This document shows, piece by piece, positions 18,175 to 30,005 of a stretch of 55,152 nucleotides of DNA (positions within the stretch are counted from its first letter, which is position 1; each line of letters starts with the position of its first letter). Source of the stretch: an uncultured virus (IMG/VR IMGVR_UViG_3300046804_005083) (taxonomy: Duplodnaviria > Heunggongvirae > Uroviricota > Caudoviricetes); the IMG/VR virus record IMGVR_UViG_3300046804_005083, positions 62,001 to 117,152 of that record; one strand, written 5' to 3'. The position numbers and the translations under genes were made by a program. The notes under the pieces were generated by a model. It was not told where the DNA came from. It ran no database searches and saw only the letters and a list, made by a program, of their open reading frames with translations.

Positions 18175-21100
18175 ATGGGTCTCTCCAGATTAGATAATTT
18201 TTTGAAGAACACTAAGGGAAATCTAATTTATGTAAATCCAAACGATATTGATGCTACAGACGCAATTGAAAATCAAGGCAACTCTTTGACAAGACCTTTT
18301 AAAACAATTCAAAGAGCACTAATAGAAGCAGCAAGATTTTCATATCAATCTGGTAGAAATAATGATAGGTTTGGAAAAACCACGGTTCTTGTTTATCCGG
18401 GAGAACATGTAGTTGATAACCGACCTGGATGGATTCCAGTTCATGATACTCCAATTAATGGCAACAATTATCTGTTAAGAAGTAGTGCAACTTCTGATAA
18501 TTTAATACCTTTTAGATCTGTTACTAATTTTAACGTCAATAGTGCAGATAATGACTTATACAAGTTGAATAGTATTCACGGTGGTGTTATAATTCCAAGA
18601 GGTGTTTCTTTAGTTGGTGTTGATCTTAGAAAAACAAAGATCAGACCTAAGTATGTTCCTTCTCCAGAAAATGATGATATTGAAAGATCTGCAATCTTTA
18701 GAGTAACTGGTTCTTGTTTCTTCTTCCAGTTCAGCATCTTTGATGCCGATCCAAATGGAGTTATATATAAAGATTACACTGACAATTTATTTGTACCTAA
18801 TTTTTCCCATCACAAACTCTCTTGTTTTGAGTACGCCGATGGAGTAAATCCAGTCTCAATTGATGATCAATTTATTACATATTCAACATCAAGAACTGAT
18901 CTTGATATGTATTATGAGAAGATTGGTCTTGTTTATGGACCTTCATCAGGTAGACCTATTCCTGCTACTACAGATACTCTTTATGGAGATTATCCTGCAG
19001 TAGTTGATATTGAGAAAAAGGTTGATGAATACCGTATTGTTGGATCTACTGGTTTAGAAGTTGGAATTTCAACAATTACAGCAACAGCAGGATCAACTGC
19101 AATTACTGTTGGTCTCCAAGAATCTCTTCCTGGTCTTGAAGTAGATACTCCTATTCAAATTAATGGAGTTGGTGCAAATGGATATGATGGACAATACGTT
19201 GTAAGTGAAGTCCTTGATTCCAAAACTATTAAATATGAAGTACAAAATACTCCATTAAACTTAATTCCACCAATCGCAAGTGCTACATTAAGTCTTTCTG
19301 TAGATACAGTAACTTCTGCATCTCCATATATCTTTAACGTATCATTGAGATCTGTCTGGGGTATGTGCGGTATGCTTGCTGATGGTAGCAAGGCAGATGG
19401 ATTTAAATCAATGGTTGTTGCTCAATTTACAGGCATTGGTTTACAAAAAGATAATAATGCTTTTGTGAAGTATAAGACTTCAGAAACAGAAGGTTTATAT
19501 CAAGACACTACAGCAAGTGGAAATGAAAATATACATACCGATTCTCTTGCAAGATATAAACCAACTTACGAAAACTTTCATATTAAAGCAATAAATGATT
19601 CTTTCTTGCAGTTAGTTTCAGTATTTGCTATTGGATATGCTGCTCACTTCGTTGCCGAAAGTGGTGGTGACTTATCCATTACTAACTCAAACTCTAACTT
19701 TGGTGCAAAGGCATTAGTTGCAGATGGATATAAGAGCACTGCTTTTGCAAAAGATGATACTGGATATATTACTCATATTATTCCACCAAAGCAACTTGAA
19801 ACATTAGAAAGTAGTGTAGAATATATTGCAGTTGATGTTGGAGTAACTACAGGCATAGGAAGCACAAGTAGATTATATCTCTACAATCAAACAAATTCCG
19901 CAGTTTTGCCCGATTACACAATTGATGGGTATAGAATTGGAGCAAAAGTTAATGATAAATTAAATGTAATTCTATCAAAATCTGGAATCAGCACTCAGTA
20001 TTCGGCAAGAATTATTATGCCGAATACTCAAAATAATCAAGAAATATCTTTTGAAAAATCATATTTTGTTGGAAAGAGTACTTTAGGAATTAATAGTATT
20101 TCCTCTAGTACTATTACCTTTACAGAACCACACTCTTTTTTAAATGGTGAAAGTGTTCGTGTTATAAGTTTGGATGGAAATATTCCTGATGGAATAAGAG
20201 CAAATCAACTTTATTATGTAATTACTTCTGGAATTGGAAGTGATCAGATTAAACTCGCACAGACTTTCAATAATACTATAACTAATGACTTTATTTCAAT
20301 CAATAATAGAGGAGGAACATTAAAAGTTGTAAGTAGAGTTTCCGATAAGAAATCTGGAGATATTGGACACCCAATTGGATTTGATACTTCAGTAAATCAA
20401 TGGTATGTTAATGTTGCAACAGCAGCATCTGAAAATAGCATTTATCCAGCATTGTCTGGTTTAGGTGGTGTCGCCGTTCTTGGTTCAGCAACACCTAGAA
20501 CATTTATTACAAGAAGACCAGATACTAGAAACTTAGTTGATACAATTTATCGTGCAAGATATGTAATTCCTGCAGATTCTTTTGCAAGACCACCTCTTGA
20601 TGGATTTGTAATTCAAGAATCTAGTGAAACAATCGGTATTACTACCAGTGAAGTTGAATCATACTCAAGTATTCTTCCATTTACTCTTGCAAATACAACT
20701 CAACTAAGAAATTTTAGAATTATTTCAAATGCGGAGTGGAGTTCAAATGTAGCAAAATACACTACTGAACTACCTCATGAATTGAGTGCAGGTTCTGAAG
20801 TTGAAATCTTAAACATTAAGAGTGCAAATAATTCAACTGGAGTTGGAAACTCAGGATTTAACGGAATTTTCACTGTAACACAAATTAACAATTCTAAACA
20901 ATTTAGTGTTACATTAAATAGTGCTGTTGGTCCCGGAACATTTACGAGTGACACTTCACTAAGAAATGTTTCTCTTCCATACTTTAAGAGAAAAAAATAT
21001 TCAAACACTTATACTGTATATAGATCTCAAGAAGTACAAAAACATGTTAGAAAAGATGTTGCAAATGGAATAAGTGGACAAGATGGAATTTATCATTTAC

Positions 21101-23871
21101 TTTTAGTAAACAACTCTAACAGTCCAGATATTTCTCCATTTACTGATTTAAATTTCTCACAACCAATTCAGAATCTCTATCCACAAACAAATAGAGATAA
21201 TCCAAATTCAGATCCAAGAGAATCAACATCGTTCTCTCTTCCAGACCCAATTGGACAAGTTGTTGTTAATGATCCACAATATAGTATCACAAAAGAAACT
21301 GTCAATAAGATTGCAAATGATTTTGGTCTTGGAATTGGAGTAACTAATGTTTATTCTACTAGTGGTTCTGATCACATTATTCACACTGAAATTGATCATG
21401 GATTAAATCGTATTACTAGAGTAGGTATTGTAAGTGCCGGTCTTAATTATGGTTCAGGTATTGGAGTAACTCAAACATTTTATAATGCAAGACTTGTTGG
21501 ATTTGCGGGATCAACTACGGGAGATTATGCTACCGCAAGAGTAACTGTTAATAATGTTGGTTCAATTACTGCCGTTAAGATTATTGATGGTGGTAGTGCA
21601 TATGGTATTGGAAATACTTTAACAGTTGTTGGTATTGCAACAACAACTGGACATATTGTTGGTGTAGTAAGTGTAACATCTATTTACAATAATGTTGGTG
21701 ATTCATTAAAACTAGATGGAATTATTTCTGACGTATATACAAAATATAATACTCTTTATAGAATTACTGGAATTGACACCGGATCTACAAAAATAGTTAA
21801 AGTATCTTCAGCATCAACATTATCATCGCCATATGCAGTATCGGGAATTGGCAATACAGTTGCAGCAAACGCATTTATTTCTTTAACAGGACAAGCACTT
21901 AAAGTTAATTCTATACAATATAATCCAGTCTCTGGATTGGCAACAGTCACAACTCAGCAAAGACATGGTTTATTTGTCAATAATTCAGTAAAAGTTGGTG
22001 GAGCAAATAATTCATTCTATAACGGCGACTTTATAATTAAAAAAATTCAGTCCTCTAATTCTTTCCAACTTTTTATAGGAATTAGTACGGTTGGATTATC
22101 AACTTCTGGCAATATCTATGCATTTAGAACTGGATATTCTGCAAATGGCGGAAATGTTTCAATTGATGACGAAAATGTTTCTGGAAGAATGGTTTCAGAA
22201 TATGCAGGAATTACAACTACTATTTCTGCACCAATTGTTGACGAACTAACAACAACTGTTGAAATTGCAAATCTTACCACACTAGATTTACAAATTGGTG
22301 ATCATTTAGAGATTGATAATGAAATCGTTAGAATTAAAACAACGGTTTTACCAGCAGATACAACAGTTTCTGTCTTTAGAGGAGTATTAGGAACAAGACC
22401 AACACAACACGATACAAACTCTGTTATTCGTAAAATTAAACCAAGACCAATAGAATTAAGAAGAAATTCAATTATTCGTGCTTCTGGACATACGTTTGAA
22501 TATGTTGGATTTGGTCCTGGAAACTACTCCACTGCACTTCCATCAAAACAAAACCGACAAATTACTGCACAAGAAGAAATTCTTTCCCAATCATTCAAGA
22601 CTGATGGTGGACTTATTGTTTACACTGGAATGAATAATGATGGAGACTTCTACATTGGAAATAAAAAAGTAAGTTCTGCAAATGGCCAGGAAGAGGTTTT
22701 TGATGCTCCTATTCCGACTATAACTGGAGATGATATTTCTTCTGGTGGTTTTAGTCTAGGATTTGATGTTCTTACTCCACTTGAAGCATCAATTAGTAGA
22801 TCACTCAGAGTTGAAGGTGGTCCAAATGCAGATATTGTATCCGAATTTGATGGTCCCATTATTTTCAATAATAAGGTTACATCTAATTCTGAAAAGGGTA
22901 TTGAAGCATATTCAATATATTTGCAAGGTGATGCTACAATCTCAAGAAAATATACTGTTGGTATTGCTACACCATCTACTTCAGGAACACCTGGAGATGT
23001 TGTCTTCCGTTCAGAACCAGTAAAAGGTGGAACTGTTGGATGGGTATACACTACAGATAATGATTGGTATCCTTTTGGAAATATTAGTATTTCCAAAAAT
23101 TCTAGAATTGGAATTTTTGATCAAGTTGGAATTAACACAACCGATCCTGGAACTTGTCTCTTAAGTATTGTTGGATCTGCTTCTACTTATTTCTGCTTTA
23201 ATCAGTGGGGCGTTGGTATTAATACCAACGCAAATGCAACTTACGATTTAAATCTCTTAGGAACAGCAAATATCACGGGCGATCTTTATGTAACTGGAAC
23301 AATTTATGGAGCAGTAAATATTGATTCTCTTTGGTCATCAAATGCAACTGGTATACATACTACAAGAAGTGTTGGAATTGCAACCACATCTGCAAAAGCA
23401 AATACTGCATTATATGTAAATGGTAAAACTGAAATTAATGGTGCCTTAAAAGTAGTTGAAGTTATTGAAAAGGCAACTGTTAACACATCAACAGTTCCAA
23501 CAGGAACTTTGAATATTGATCTTGCAGAAAATAATGTTTATTATTATACCCAACAAGCAACAGGAAATTGGACTATTAACTTTAGAGGAAATTCTGGACA
23601 AACTCTTGATAATTTCTTAGAAGTTGGAGATTCAATTACTGTTGCAATTATTACAACCCAAGGAGTAACACCTTATTATAATAACATAATTAGAATTGAT
23701 GGACTTCAAGTTACACCAAAATATTATGGAGGAACCCAGATTTTATCTGGAAATTCAAGTGGAATTGATATGTATACATATGTTATTGTAAGAAAAGCAA
23801 ACTCTTCTGGTCCATCATACAATCCAAATGATGATTTCACTGTGCTTTATTCACAATCCCAGTACGCATAA
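18175..23871 (+). CDS. Large virion structural / tail-fibre-associated protein (1898 aa)
   Basis: MGLSRLDNFL..IYV..RPFKTIQRALIEA start, beta-rich body, GIGxT/VGINTT fibre motifs. Confidence 0.7.
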   Translation: MGLSRLDNFLKNTKGNLIYVNPNDIDATDAIENQGNSLTRPFKTIQRALIEAARFSYQSGRNNDRFGKTTVLVYPGEHVVDNRPGWIPVHDTPINGNNYLLRSSATSDNLIPFRSVTNFNVNSADNDLYKLNSIHGGVIIPRGVSLVGVDLRKTKIRPKYVPSPENDDIERSAIFRVTGSCFFFQFSIFDADPNGVIYKDYTDNLFVPNFSHHKLSCFEYADGVNPVSIDDQFITYSTSRTDLDMYYEKIGLVYGPSSGRPIPATTDTLYGDYPAVVDIEKKVDEYRIVGSTGLEVGISTITATAGSTAITVGLQESLPGLEVDTPIQINGVGANGYDGQYVVSEVLDSKTIKYEVQNTPLNLIPPIASATLSLSVDTVTSASPYIFNVSLRSVWGMCGMLADGSKADGFKSMVVAQFTGIGLQKDNNAFVKYKTSETEGLYQDTTASGNENIHTDSLARYKPTYENFHIKAINDSFLQLVSVFAIGYAAHFVAESGGDLSITNSNSNFGAKALVADGYKSTAFAKDDTGYITHIIPPKQLETLESSVEYIAVDVGVTTGIGSTSRLYLYNQTNSAVLPDYTIDGYRIGAKVNDKLNVILSKSGISTQYSARIIMPNTQNNQEISFEKSYFVGKSTLGINSISSSTITFTEPHSFLNGESVRVISLDGNIPDGIRANQLYYVITSGIGSDQIKLAQTFNNTITNDFISINNRGGTLKVVSRVSDKKSGDIGHPIGFDTSVNQWYVNVATAASENSIYPALSGLGGVAVLGSATPRTFITRRPDTRNLVDTIYRARYVIPADSFARPPLDGFVIQESSETIGITTSEVESYSSILPFTLANTTQLRNFRIISNAEWSSNVAKYTTELPHELSAGSEVEILNIKSANNSTGVGNSGFNGIFTVTQINNSKQFSVTLNSAVGPGTFTSDTSLRNVSLPYFKRKKYSNTYTVYRSQEVQKHVRKDVANGISGQDGIYHLLLVNNSNSPDISPFTDLNFSQPIQNLYPQTNRDNPNSDPRESTSFSLPDPIGQVVVNDPQYSITKETVNKIANDFGLGIGVTNVYSTSGSDHIIHTEIDHGLNRITRVGIVSAGLNYGSGIGVTQTFYNARLVGFAGSTTGDYATARVTVNNVGSITAVKIIDGGSAYGIGNTLTVVGIATTTGHIVGVVSVTSIYNNVGDSLKLDGIISDVYTKYNTLYRITGIDTGSTKIVKVSSASTLSSPYAVSGIGNTVAANAFISLTGQALKVNSIQYNPVSGLATVTTQQRHGLFVNNSVKVGGANNSFYNGDFIIKKIQSSNSFQLFIGISTVGLSTSGNIYAFRTGYSANGGNVSIDDENVSGRMVSEYAGITTTISAPIVDELTTTVEIANLTTLDLQIGDHLEIDNEIVRIKTTVLPADTTVSVFRGVLGTRPTQHDTNSVIRKIKPRPIELRRNSIIRASGHTFEYVGFGPGNYSTALPSKQNRQITAQEEILSQSFKTDGGLIVYTGMNNDGDFYIGNKKVSSANGQEEVFDAPIPTITGDDISSGGFSLGFDVLTPLEASISRSLRVEGGPNADIVSEFDGPIIFNNKVTSNSEKGIEAYSIYLQGDATISRKYTVGIATPSTSGTPGDVVFRSEPVKGGTVGWVYTTDNDWYPFGNISISKNSRIGIFDQVGINTTDPGTCLLSIVGSASTYFCFNQWGVGINTNANATYDLNLLGTANITGDLYVTGTIYGAVNIDSLWSSNATGIHTTRSVGIATTSAKANTALYVNGKTEINGALKVVEVIEKATVNTSTVPTGTLNIDLAENNVYYYTQQATGNWTINFRGNSGQTLDNFLEVGDSITVAIITTQGVTPYYNNIIRIDGLQVTPKYYGGTQILSGNSSGIDMYTYVIVRKANSSGPSYNPNDDFTVLYSQSQYA

Positions 23872-23877
23872 TAACAG

Positions 23878-26800
23878 ATGAGTCCACTATTAGGTGCTAT
23901 CGGCGGAATTTCCGAATATAACTATAGAGGTAATTTTGATGATTGGCCAAATCCTTTTATATTCGGAAATTTAGTTAATGTTGAACCTGGTTCAACTGTT
24001 GGAGTTTCTACAGTTATTACTGGAATTAATTATAAATCAATAGTAACAACTTCACCAGGTTCTCAAGTATCCGTCAGAAATATTATTGGAATAACTAGCA
24101 TTTATTCTGGGGATAGTAATACACCTTCTTCAACTGCTACAGTTTCAATTGCAAAAAGCACTACTGAATTGGCAGTAGGAAAAAATATAAGAATTTTAAA
24201 TACTTCAGATTCAACTTATAATGGAGTTTTTGTAGTTTCATCAGTCATTGACTCTCCTTATGTAACTAGATTTACTTATGAACTGCCAGGAATCGCATCT
24301 ACTGCTAGACCTGGAATAAGTACAGCAGAGTTTAATTATGAAGTTTATCCTTTTTCCGAAAGTGGATTAACCTATATTAGAAATGATCAAATATTAGAGG
24401 TAAGTCTTTCAACAACTTCTGGAAATAATGTTGATTTTGATAAGCAATACAGAACTACTGTAAAGGTAGGAAAAAGAACATCAGATTGGTCAGTTAGAAC
24501 TAGATCAAAAGATTCTACTCCAGATCCATTTTTCTTCAGCAATTTAATTGATTTAAATGTTGGAATTGCTACCACAAGCAATTCAATTACTTTAGCAGGA
24601 CTTGAACCGGGAATTCCATCTTTTGCTTTTATTTCTTCCGGAATTGGATCGTTTAGTGTAAATGGTTCTGTAGGAGTAACTACGGCAAATGTAAATAATG
24701 GTGACATCATTTTTATGAATGAAGTCACCTCACAAAATTATTTGTCCACAAAAACTTCATTTATTACTGTTGGAACTTATACAACATCATTTAGTGTTAC
24801 TACAAGAGCAGCAGATAGAACACTAAATCAATTTGCATTTAATACTTTAGTTAATGTTCCAATTAATCAAGATCAAGTTAGTATAACTACAAGTTTAACC
24901 GGTGCTGATAACAATATACCATTATCAGCATCTGTTTCTTCACCTGGACAATTGCAGGTAAATTCCGATAACTATATTTCTGGATCTACAGAAGTCTTTA
25001 ATGGAGATAATGTAAAATTAAAAATTCTAGGATCAACAATTAAAGAATATGGAACTACTTATTCGACATCTTTATCCATTTCTGGTGTAAGTAGTAGTTT
25101 TTTTGTTACAACAAGACCAAGACCAATAAAAACTTTTCCAGATCAATTTACATTTACCGATATATTAAATGCCTCTCCAAATTCAACTGTTGAAAGTTCT
25201 TTAGTAACTCTTTCTGGAATGACAGTTGGAGTTGCAGATACTGGACTTGCAACAATTACTGGTGGAGCAGAATTTAGAGTTTATAGAAATGGATCACTGA
25301 TTCGTGATTATAATTCATCTTCATTTCCTGTAAAAAATTCTGACCAAATTCAATTAAGAACTATTTCAGCAGGTGAAGGTTCAAGAATTCAACCAAAATT
25401 AACAGTTTCTGGAGTAGATACAAGACAGGTTATTAGTGGAGTAGAAGGTTCTACAAGTGATACTTGGGATGTAATATCTAGATTTTTATCATGTAAGGTC
25501 AATCAAACGACATTTAATGCGGCATTGTCTACCGTATCTAATGCAAAAATTAGAGAACTTAAATCAACCAGTTTTACTGTTTCTGGATTAGATAATGGTT
25601 GCGATACTATTATTACAACATCAAATCCAGACTCTTATATTAGAAATCAAAATGGAACTCAAGTAACATATTCACAACCTCTTGATATTAAAAATGGTGA
25701 TGTGATTACCATTTACATGACTGCTTCGGCAGCATATAATACAAATAAATCAACAACCATAGAATGCAAAAGAAGAAATGGTTCAGATTTAGTTTCTGGA
25801 ACTTGGACAATTAGAACACAAGTTGAAGATAGATTACCAGATCCTTTTGATTTAATTTTTAGAAGTCTAAATGATATAACTCCTTGTACTTATCGTTCTA
25901 CATTTGTAACAGAAAGTTTGTCTGGACTGTCTGAAGAAACTATAGTTCCAGCTTCTGTAACTTCAACAAATGGAACTGCACAAATTTCCAAAAATGGAGG
26001 AATATTTGGAACCTCTATTGATGGTGGAGTTAAAAACGGAGACAGAATTGATATTCGTCTAAAATCAAATTGCGAATATGGAGGATCTTGTGAATCTGCA
26101 ACTGTTACTGTTGGAGAAAGATCTGAAGATTGGGTTCTATGTCCAGAGAAAATTTCATTACCAACAGTAAATCTTCAAGCAAATTCAACTTCAATTAATT
26201 ATGATGGATCAGTAACTTTAACTTGGACTTCTACATTTGCTGCTTCTGTTAGAAGCAGCAGTGGAACAGGATTTGTAGGTGTTGGATCTACTCAAGGAAC
26301 TATCACTATTAATAATTTAAAAGCAAACACAACATATTCAATTACTGTAGAAAATTCTAAAGGTTATGCTACTTCTTCAGTTGATATCGTAGTTGCTCCA
26401 GAACCATCACCAACAGTAACTTTAAAAAATATTGATAAAACAACTATTGCGCCAATTTACACTGGGGTTAAAGAGGGAATTTATGCAAATGGACAATATA
26501 TTTTTATTGGCGGATATGATCCTTATATTTTTGATCCATATGCTTATATTCCAGGGAAATCATATATTTTTATAAGTAATAATGGATTTTCTTGGGAAGT
26601 TATTTCTACAAATATTAGTGACTTACTATATGATGTATCATATAGTTCCGGATCTACATTTGTATCTGTTGGTAGTAGAGGGACAATAGTAAAAACTACG
26701 GATAATTGGAAAACAATTACAAATCATTCTATTGCATTTGAAGGAGATTTTCCATCGGTTACTTATGGTAATGGAAAATTTATAGCAATTACTCGTATAA

Positions 26801-29307
26801 GAAATCAATATGTATATACGTCTACGGATGGAGCAACCTGGGTAAAACAAACTATAGGAGGATCATCAAATCTTTCTCAATCGGGTAGATATTTTAGAAA
26901 AATTAGATTTTTAAATGGAAATTTTTATCTTTTGACAAATAAAGACTCTTCCGATGCAAAAATTTATAGAAGTTCTGATGGACTCTCTTGGACTGAGGTG
27001 TTTAGTTATAACAATACTGCGACTTATTATTTAAATGATATTAGTTATGATGGAAACGTTTATATTGCCGTAGGAGGAGGATCCAGTTCTAATTCTGGAT
27101 TAATTGTAAGAAGTATTGATGGAATTAATTGGAATATTGTCGCACAAGTTTCAAACATATATGAATCATTTAATCACGTTAAGTCTGATGGAAGTTTGAT
27201 CATTGCACAAACATCTTCTGGAAATGTATTAATACCTTATTATACAAGTAGTGATGGTGGTATTTCTTGGATAAGAAGAACTAGTCAAATATCAGATCTT
27301 TATTCTACACGACTTTGTGGACCCATAATTTTTGATGGAACTAGATTTATATCTATGGGTGGTAGTCCTACACATTCATTTATTTGTAAAACTACCATTA
27401 ATGGAACAAGTTGGGACTTTACTGGACAATCTGTAAGATACAAACTTAGCAGTAGTACTTCTCTGTATTCTCCATTAGATAGTTTAAATAGAAGTTTTAG
27501 TATTGCGGTCAACAATCTCAATACAGGAACAGTATCTACCAGTTTAATTGAAGGAAATTATTATAGAATCAGATCTGGAATGTATGATTATCAAATTAAT
27601 ACAAAAACCTCTGATGGTTCTTTTGCAGCATCAACTTCAATTTATACAGGTTCATCCGATTTAGTTTGGTCTTCTATTAATTCAACTTCTGTAGTATCCA
27701 CTTCAGGTTCCGGATTTACTAATATAACTGCACTAAATGGAACTACTACAGTATCCCCAAGACAAACAACTGATTATTCTATAACTGTACAAAATTCTTC
27801 TGGAGTAAAGGCAACAGCATCAACTACTATCTTTATTGCTGGTACAACACCATCCCCTACACCTACACCATCCCCTACACCTACACCTACGGTAGTACTA
27901 AGTTCAAATACAACATCAATAGAAAGAGGTGGTTCTGTCACATTAACTTGGTCTTCTGCTAATTCAACATCTATAAGTTCATACACTGGATTTGGATTTA
28001 TTCCAACGTCAACTTCTGGTTCAGTGACTGTAAACAATATTACGCAAAATACGTCTTATAGTATTACAGTAACTGGACCAGGTGGAACAGTAACATCTAA
28101 TACTATTTCTGTAGCAATTAAAGCACCAACAATTACTTTAAGTGCCAGTCCAACAACAGTTAATTATAATGGATCAACAACATTAACTTGGTCCTCCACT
28201 AATGCAACATCGGTAGATTCTTCAAACTTTGGCGCTTCATCGGTCGGGGGAAGTTTAACATTATCCAATTTAACTACTACAACTTCATCATTTTCTGCTC
28301 AAACTTATTCTATAACAGTAAGAGGTCCAGGAGGAACTGCAACTGCTTCTGTAGATGTAAATATTTTACCCCCACCTCCTTCGGTAACACTTACCGCATC
28401 TCAAACTTCAATTCCTTATAATGGATCTGTCACTTTAACTTGGACTGCTTCTAGAGGAATTAGTGGAACTTCAAACTTTACATCAATTGGTTTATCAAAT
28501 TTAAATGGAGGATCTGTAACTCTAAACAATTTAACAACCAGTAAAAATTATTATGTCACAATTTATGGAATTGGAGGACAATCCACAACTGCATCAGTGG
28601 ACATAACAGTTTTACCACAACCACCAACAGTAAATCTTTGTGCTACAAATGGTGGCGATGGATTAATGGCACAATCAACAACTTGCACCTCCACAAAAAC
28701 TGTCGGATATGCTGCTCAAGTTAGTTTGTCATGGACTTCAACAAATGCAACTTCTGTAGTGTCAACATCAGGAAAATCATTTACCGGAATAACAGCAGTA
28801 AATGGAGGATTTTCTCTCCCATATTCATATACAAGTGAAGAAACATATTCAATTACTGTTTCTGGACCTGGAGGAACTGCTACTGATTCTATAAAGATCA
28901 CTCCTACAGCATGTACTCCAAATACAGGAAATAATACTTTCTCCAATTATAAATTAGGAACAGTAATTTATAATAATGGATCTAAAGATACTCTAGCAAT
29001 ATATCATACTTCATCTACATCATATGCCATTTCCACTAAACTCACAAATAAACCAACCTTTACCTTTGACCAGGTTCAAACCTATATCTCAAATTATTAT
29101 CGTAACAATTTAGGAAGACCTGTTGATATTAATGATCTTTCAAATTGGGTCACATTCTTCAATACAAGTTCTTATACATCTTTATCACAATTAGATGCTG
29201 ACATTTTAAATAATTATAATAATGTAACTAAAGAAGCACAAAAAGTTTCTGCAAGTGGAGGAAGAAAAGGAGTTTATGATACTTGTGATAATATTTGGAC
29301 TCTATAA
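23878..29307 (+). CDS. Fibre/adhesin-like protein with Ig-like repeats and Asp-box (BNR) propeller
   Basis: PDPF-type repeats, PTVxL..GSVTLTWSS..YSITV repeats, SxDGxxW Asp boxes, PT linker. Confidence 0.7.
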   Translation: MSPLLGAIGGISEYNYRGNFDDWPNPFIFGNLVNVEPGSTVGVSTVITGINYKSIVTTSPGSQVSVRNIIGITSIYSGDSNTPSSTATVSIAKSTTELAVGKNIRILNTSDSTYNGVFVVSSVIDSPYVTRFTYELPGIASTARPGISTAEFNYEVYPFSESGLTYIRNDQILEVSLSTTSGNNVDFDKQYRTTVKVGKRTSDWSVRTRSKDSTPDPFFFSNLIDLNVGIATTSNSITLAGLEPGIPSFAFISSGIGSFSVNGSVGVTTANVNNGDIIFMNEVTSQNYLSTKTSFITVGTYTTSFSVTTRAADRTLNQFAFNTLVNVPINQDQVSITTSLTGADNNIPLSASVSSPGQLQVNSDNYISGSTEVFNGDNVKLKILGSTIKEYGTTYSTSLSISGVSSSFFVTTRPRPIKTFPDQFTFTDILNASPNSTVESSLVTLSGMTVGVADTGLATITGGAEFRVYRNGSLIRDYNSSSFPVKNSDQIQLRTISAGEGSRIQPKLTVSGVDTRQVISGVEGSTSDTWDVISRFLSCKVNQTTFNAALSTVSNAKIRELKSTSFTVSGLDNGCDTIITTSNPDSYIRNQNGTQVTYSQPLDIKNGDVITIYMTASAAYNTNKSTTIECKRRNGSDLVSGTWTIRTQVEDRLPDPFDLIFRSLNDITPCTYRSTFVTESLSGLSEETIVPASVTSTNGTAQISKNGGIFGTSIDGGVKNGDRIDIRLKSNCEYGGSCESATVTVGERSEDWVLCPEKISLPTVNLQANSTSINYDGSVTLTWTSTFAASVRSSSGTGFVGVGSTQGTITINNLKANTTYSITVENSKGYATSSVDIVVAPEPSPTVTLKNIDKTTIAPIYTGVKEGIYANGQYIFIGGYDPYIFDPYAYIPGKSYIFISNNGFSWEVISTNISDLLYDVSYSSGSTFVSVGSRGTIVKTTDNWKTITNHSIAFEGDFPSVTYGNGKFIAITRIRNQYVYTSTDGATWVKQTIGGSSNLSQSGRYFRKIRFLNGNFYLLTNKDSSDAKIYRSSDGLSWTEVFSYNNTATYYLNDISYDGNVYIAVGGGSSSNSGLIVRSIDGINWNIVAQVSNIYESFNHVKSDGSLIIAQTSSGNVLIPYYTSSDGGISWIRRTSQISDLYSTRLCGPIIFDGTRFISMGGSPTHSFICKTTINGTSWDFTGQSVRYKLSSSTSLYSPLDSLNRSFSIAVNNLNTGTVSTSLIEGNYYRIRSGMYDYQINTKTSDGSFAASTSIYTGSSDLVWSSINSTSVVSTSGSGFTNITALNGTTTVSPRQTTDYSITVQNSSGVKATASTTIFIAGTTPSPTPTPSPTPTPTVVLSSNTTSIERGGSVTLTWSSANSTSISSYTGFGFIPTSTSGSVTVNNITQNTSYSITVTGPGGTVTSNTISVAIKAPTITLSASPTTVNYNGSTTLTWSSTNATSVDSSNFGASSVGGSLTLSNLTTTTSSFSAQTYSITVRGPGGTATASVDVNILPPPPSVTLTASQTSIPYNGSVTLTWTASRGISGTSNFTSIGLSNLNGGSVTLNNLTTSKNYYVTIYGIGGQSTTASVDITVLPQPPTVNLCATNGGDGLMAQSTTCTSTKTVGYAAQVSLSWTSTNATSVVSTSGKSFTGITAVNGGFSLPYSYTSEETYSITVSGPGGTATDSIKITPTACTPNTGNNTFSNYKLGTVIYNNGSKDTLAIYHTSSTSYAISTKLTNKPTFTFDQVQTYISNYYRNNLGRPVDINDLSNWVTFFNTSSYTSLSQLDADILNNYNNVTKEAQKVSASGGRKGVYDTCDNIWTL

Positions 29308-29310
29308 ATA
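29303..29310 (+). promoter_or_regulatory. Late promoter TATAAATA
   Basis: Exact T4 late consensus overlapping the stop, 30 nt before next ATG. Confidence 0.72.
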
Positions 29311-29340
29311 GTTAAAACTTAGGGTGGATAGGGAAACCCA

Positions 29341-29979
29341 ATGGCATCTATTAACAAAAATTTTGTAGTTAAGAATGGCATTGAAGTTGGAAGTAATTTA
29401 ATATTTGGAAATAATTTAACTGGAAGAGTTGGAATAGGAACAACAAATCCAGTAGAAGATGTTGATTTATTTGGAACTACTGCAGTTGATGATTTAATCA
29501 TTTCCGGCACAGTAAGTGCTGGTAGTACCATAGGCAAATCAAATCAATATTTAAGGGCAACTGGAACTGGAGTAACTTGGACAGACTTTCCAAGTTTAAG
29601 AACTGGATTTACTACAACTGCTTTAGGAAATCAAACCACCTTCACATCAACTGGTTTTTCATATACACCAGGAATCATTGATGTTTATGTAAATGGAGCA
29701 AGATTGAGAGGAAATGGTTTATCAGATATTTCTGAATTTTCTGCTACAGATGGAAGCACAGTTACATTACAAAATCCTTGCTTTGGTGGAGAAACTGTAG
29801 ATGTATTTGGATATTCAGGAATTAGTGCAGCACAAATGGATGGTGTTGCTGGAATCGTAACAGCAACTCAAGGTTTTATTAGTATTGCAAATACTTCTCC
29901 TGTTCAAATTTTAGTTTCTGCCAATATATTAACATTTAATGTTGTTGGCATTGGAAGTACCTCTTTAACTTTATATTGA
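29341..29979 (+). CDS. Short tail-fibre-like structural protein
   Basis: KNFVVKNGIEV, VGIGTTNP, IDVYVNGARL motifs. Confidence 0.6.
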   Translation: MASINKNFVVKNGIEVGSNLIFGNNLTGRVGIGTTNPVEDVDLFGTTAVDDLIISGTVSAGSTIGKSNQYLRATGTGVTWTDFPSLRTGFTTTALGNQTTFTSTGFSYTPGIIDVYVNGARLRGNGLSDISEFSATDGSTVTLQNPCFGGETVDVFGYSGISAAQMDGVAGIVTATQGFISIANTSPVQILVSANILTFNVVGIGSTSLTLY

Positions 29980-29985
29980 TAAATA
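29978..29985 (+). promoter_or_regulatory. Late promoter GATAAATA
   Basis: Intergenic NATAAATA. Confidence 0.6.
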
Positions 29986-30005
29986 ATTAAAAATCCTCAA
30001 GACAA

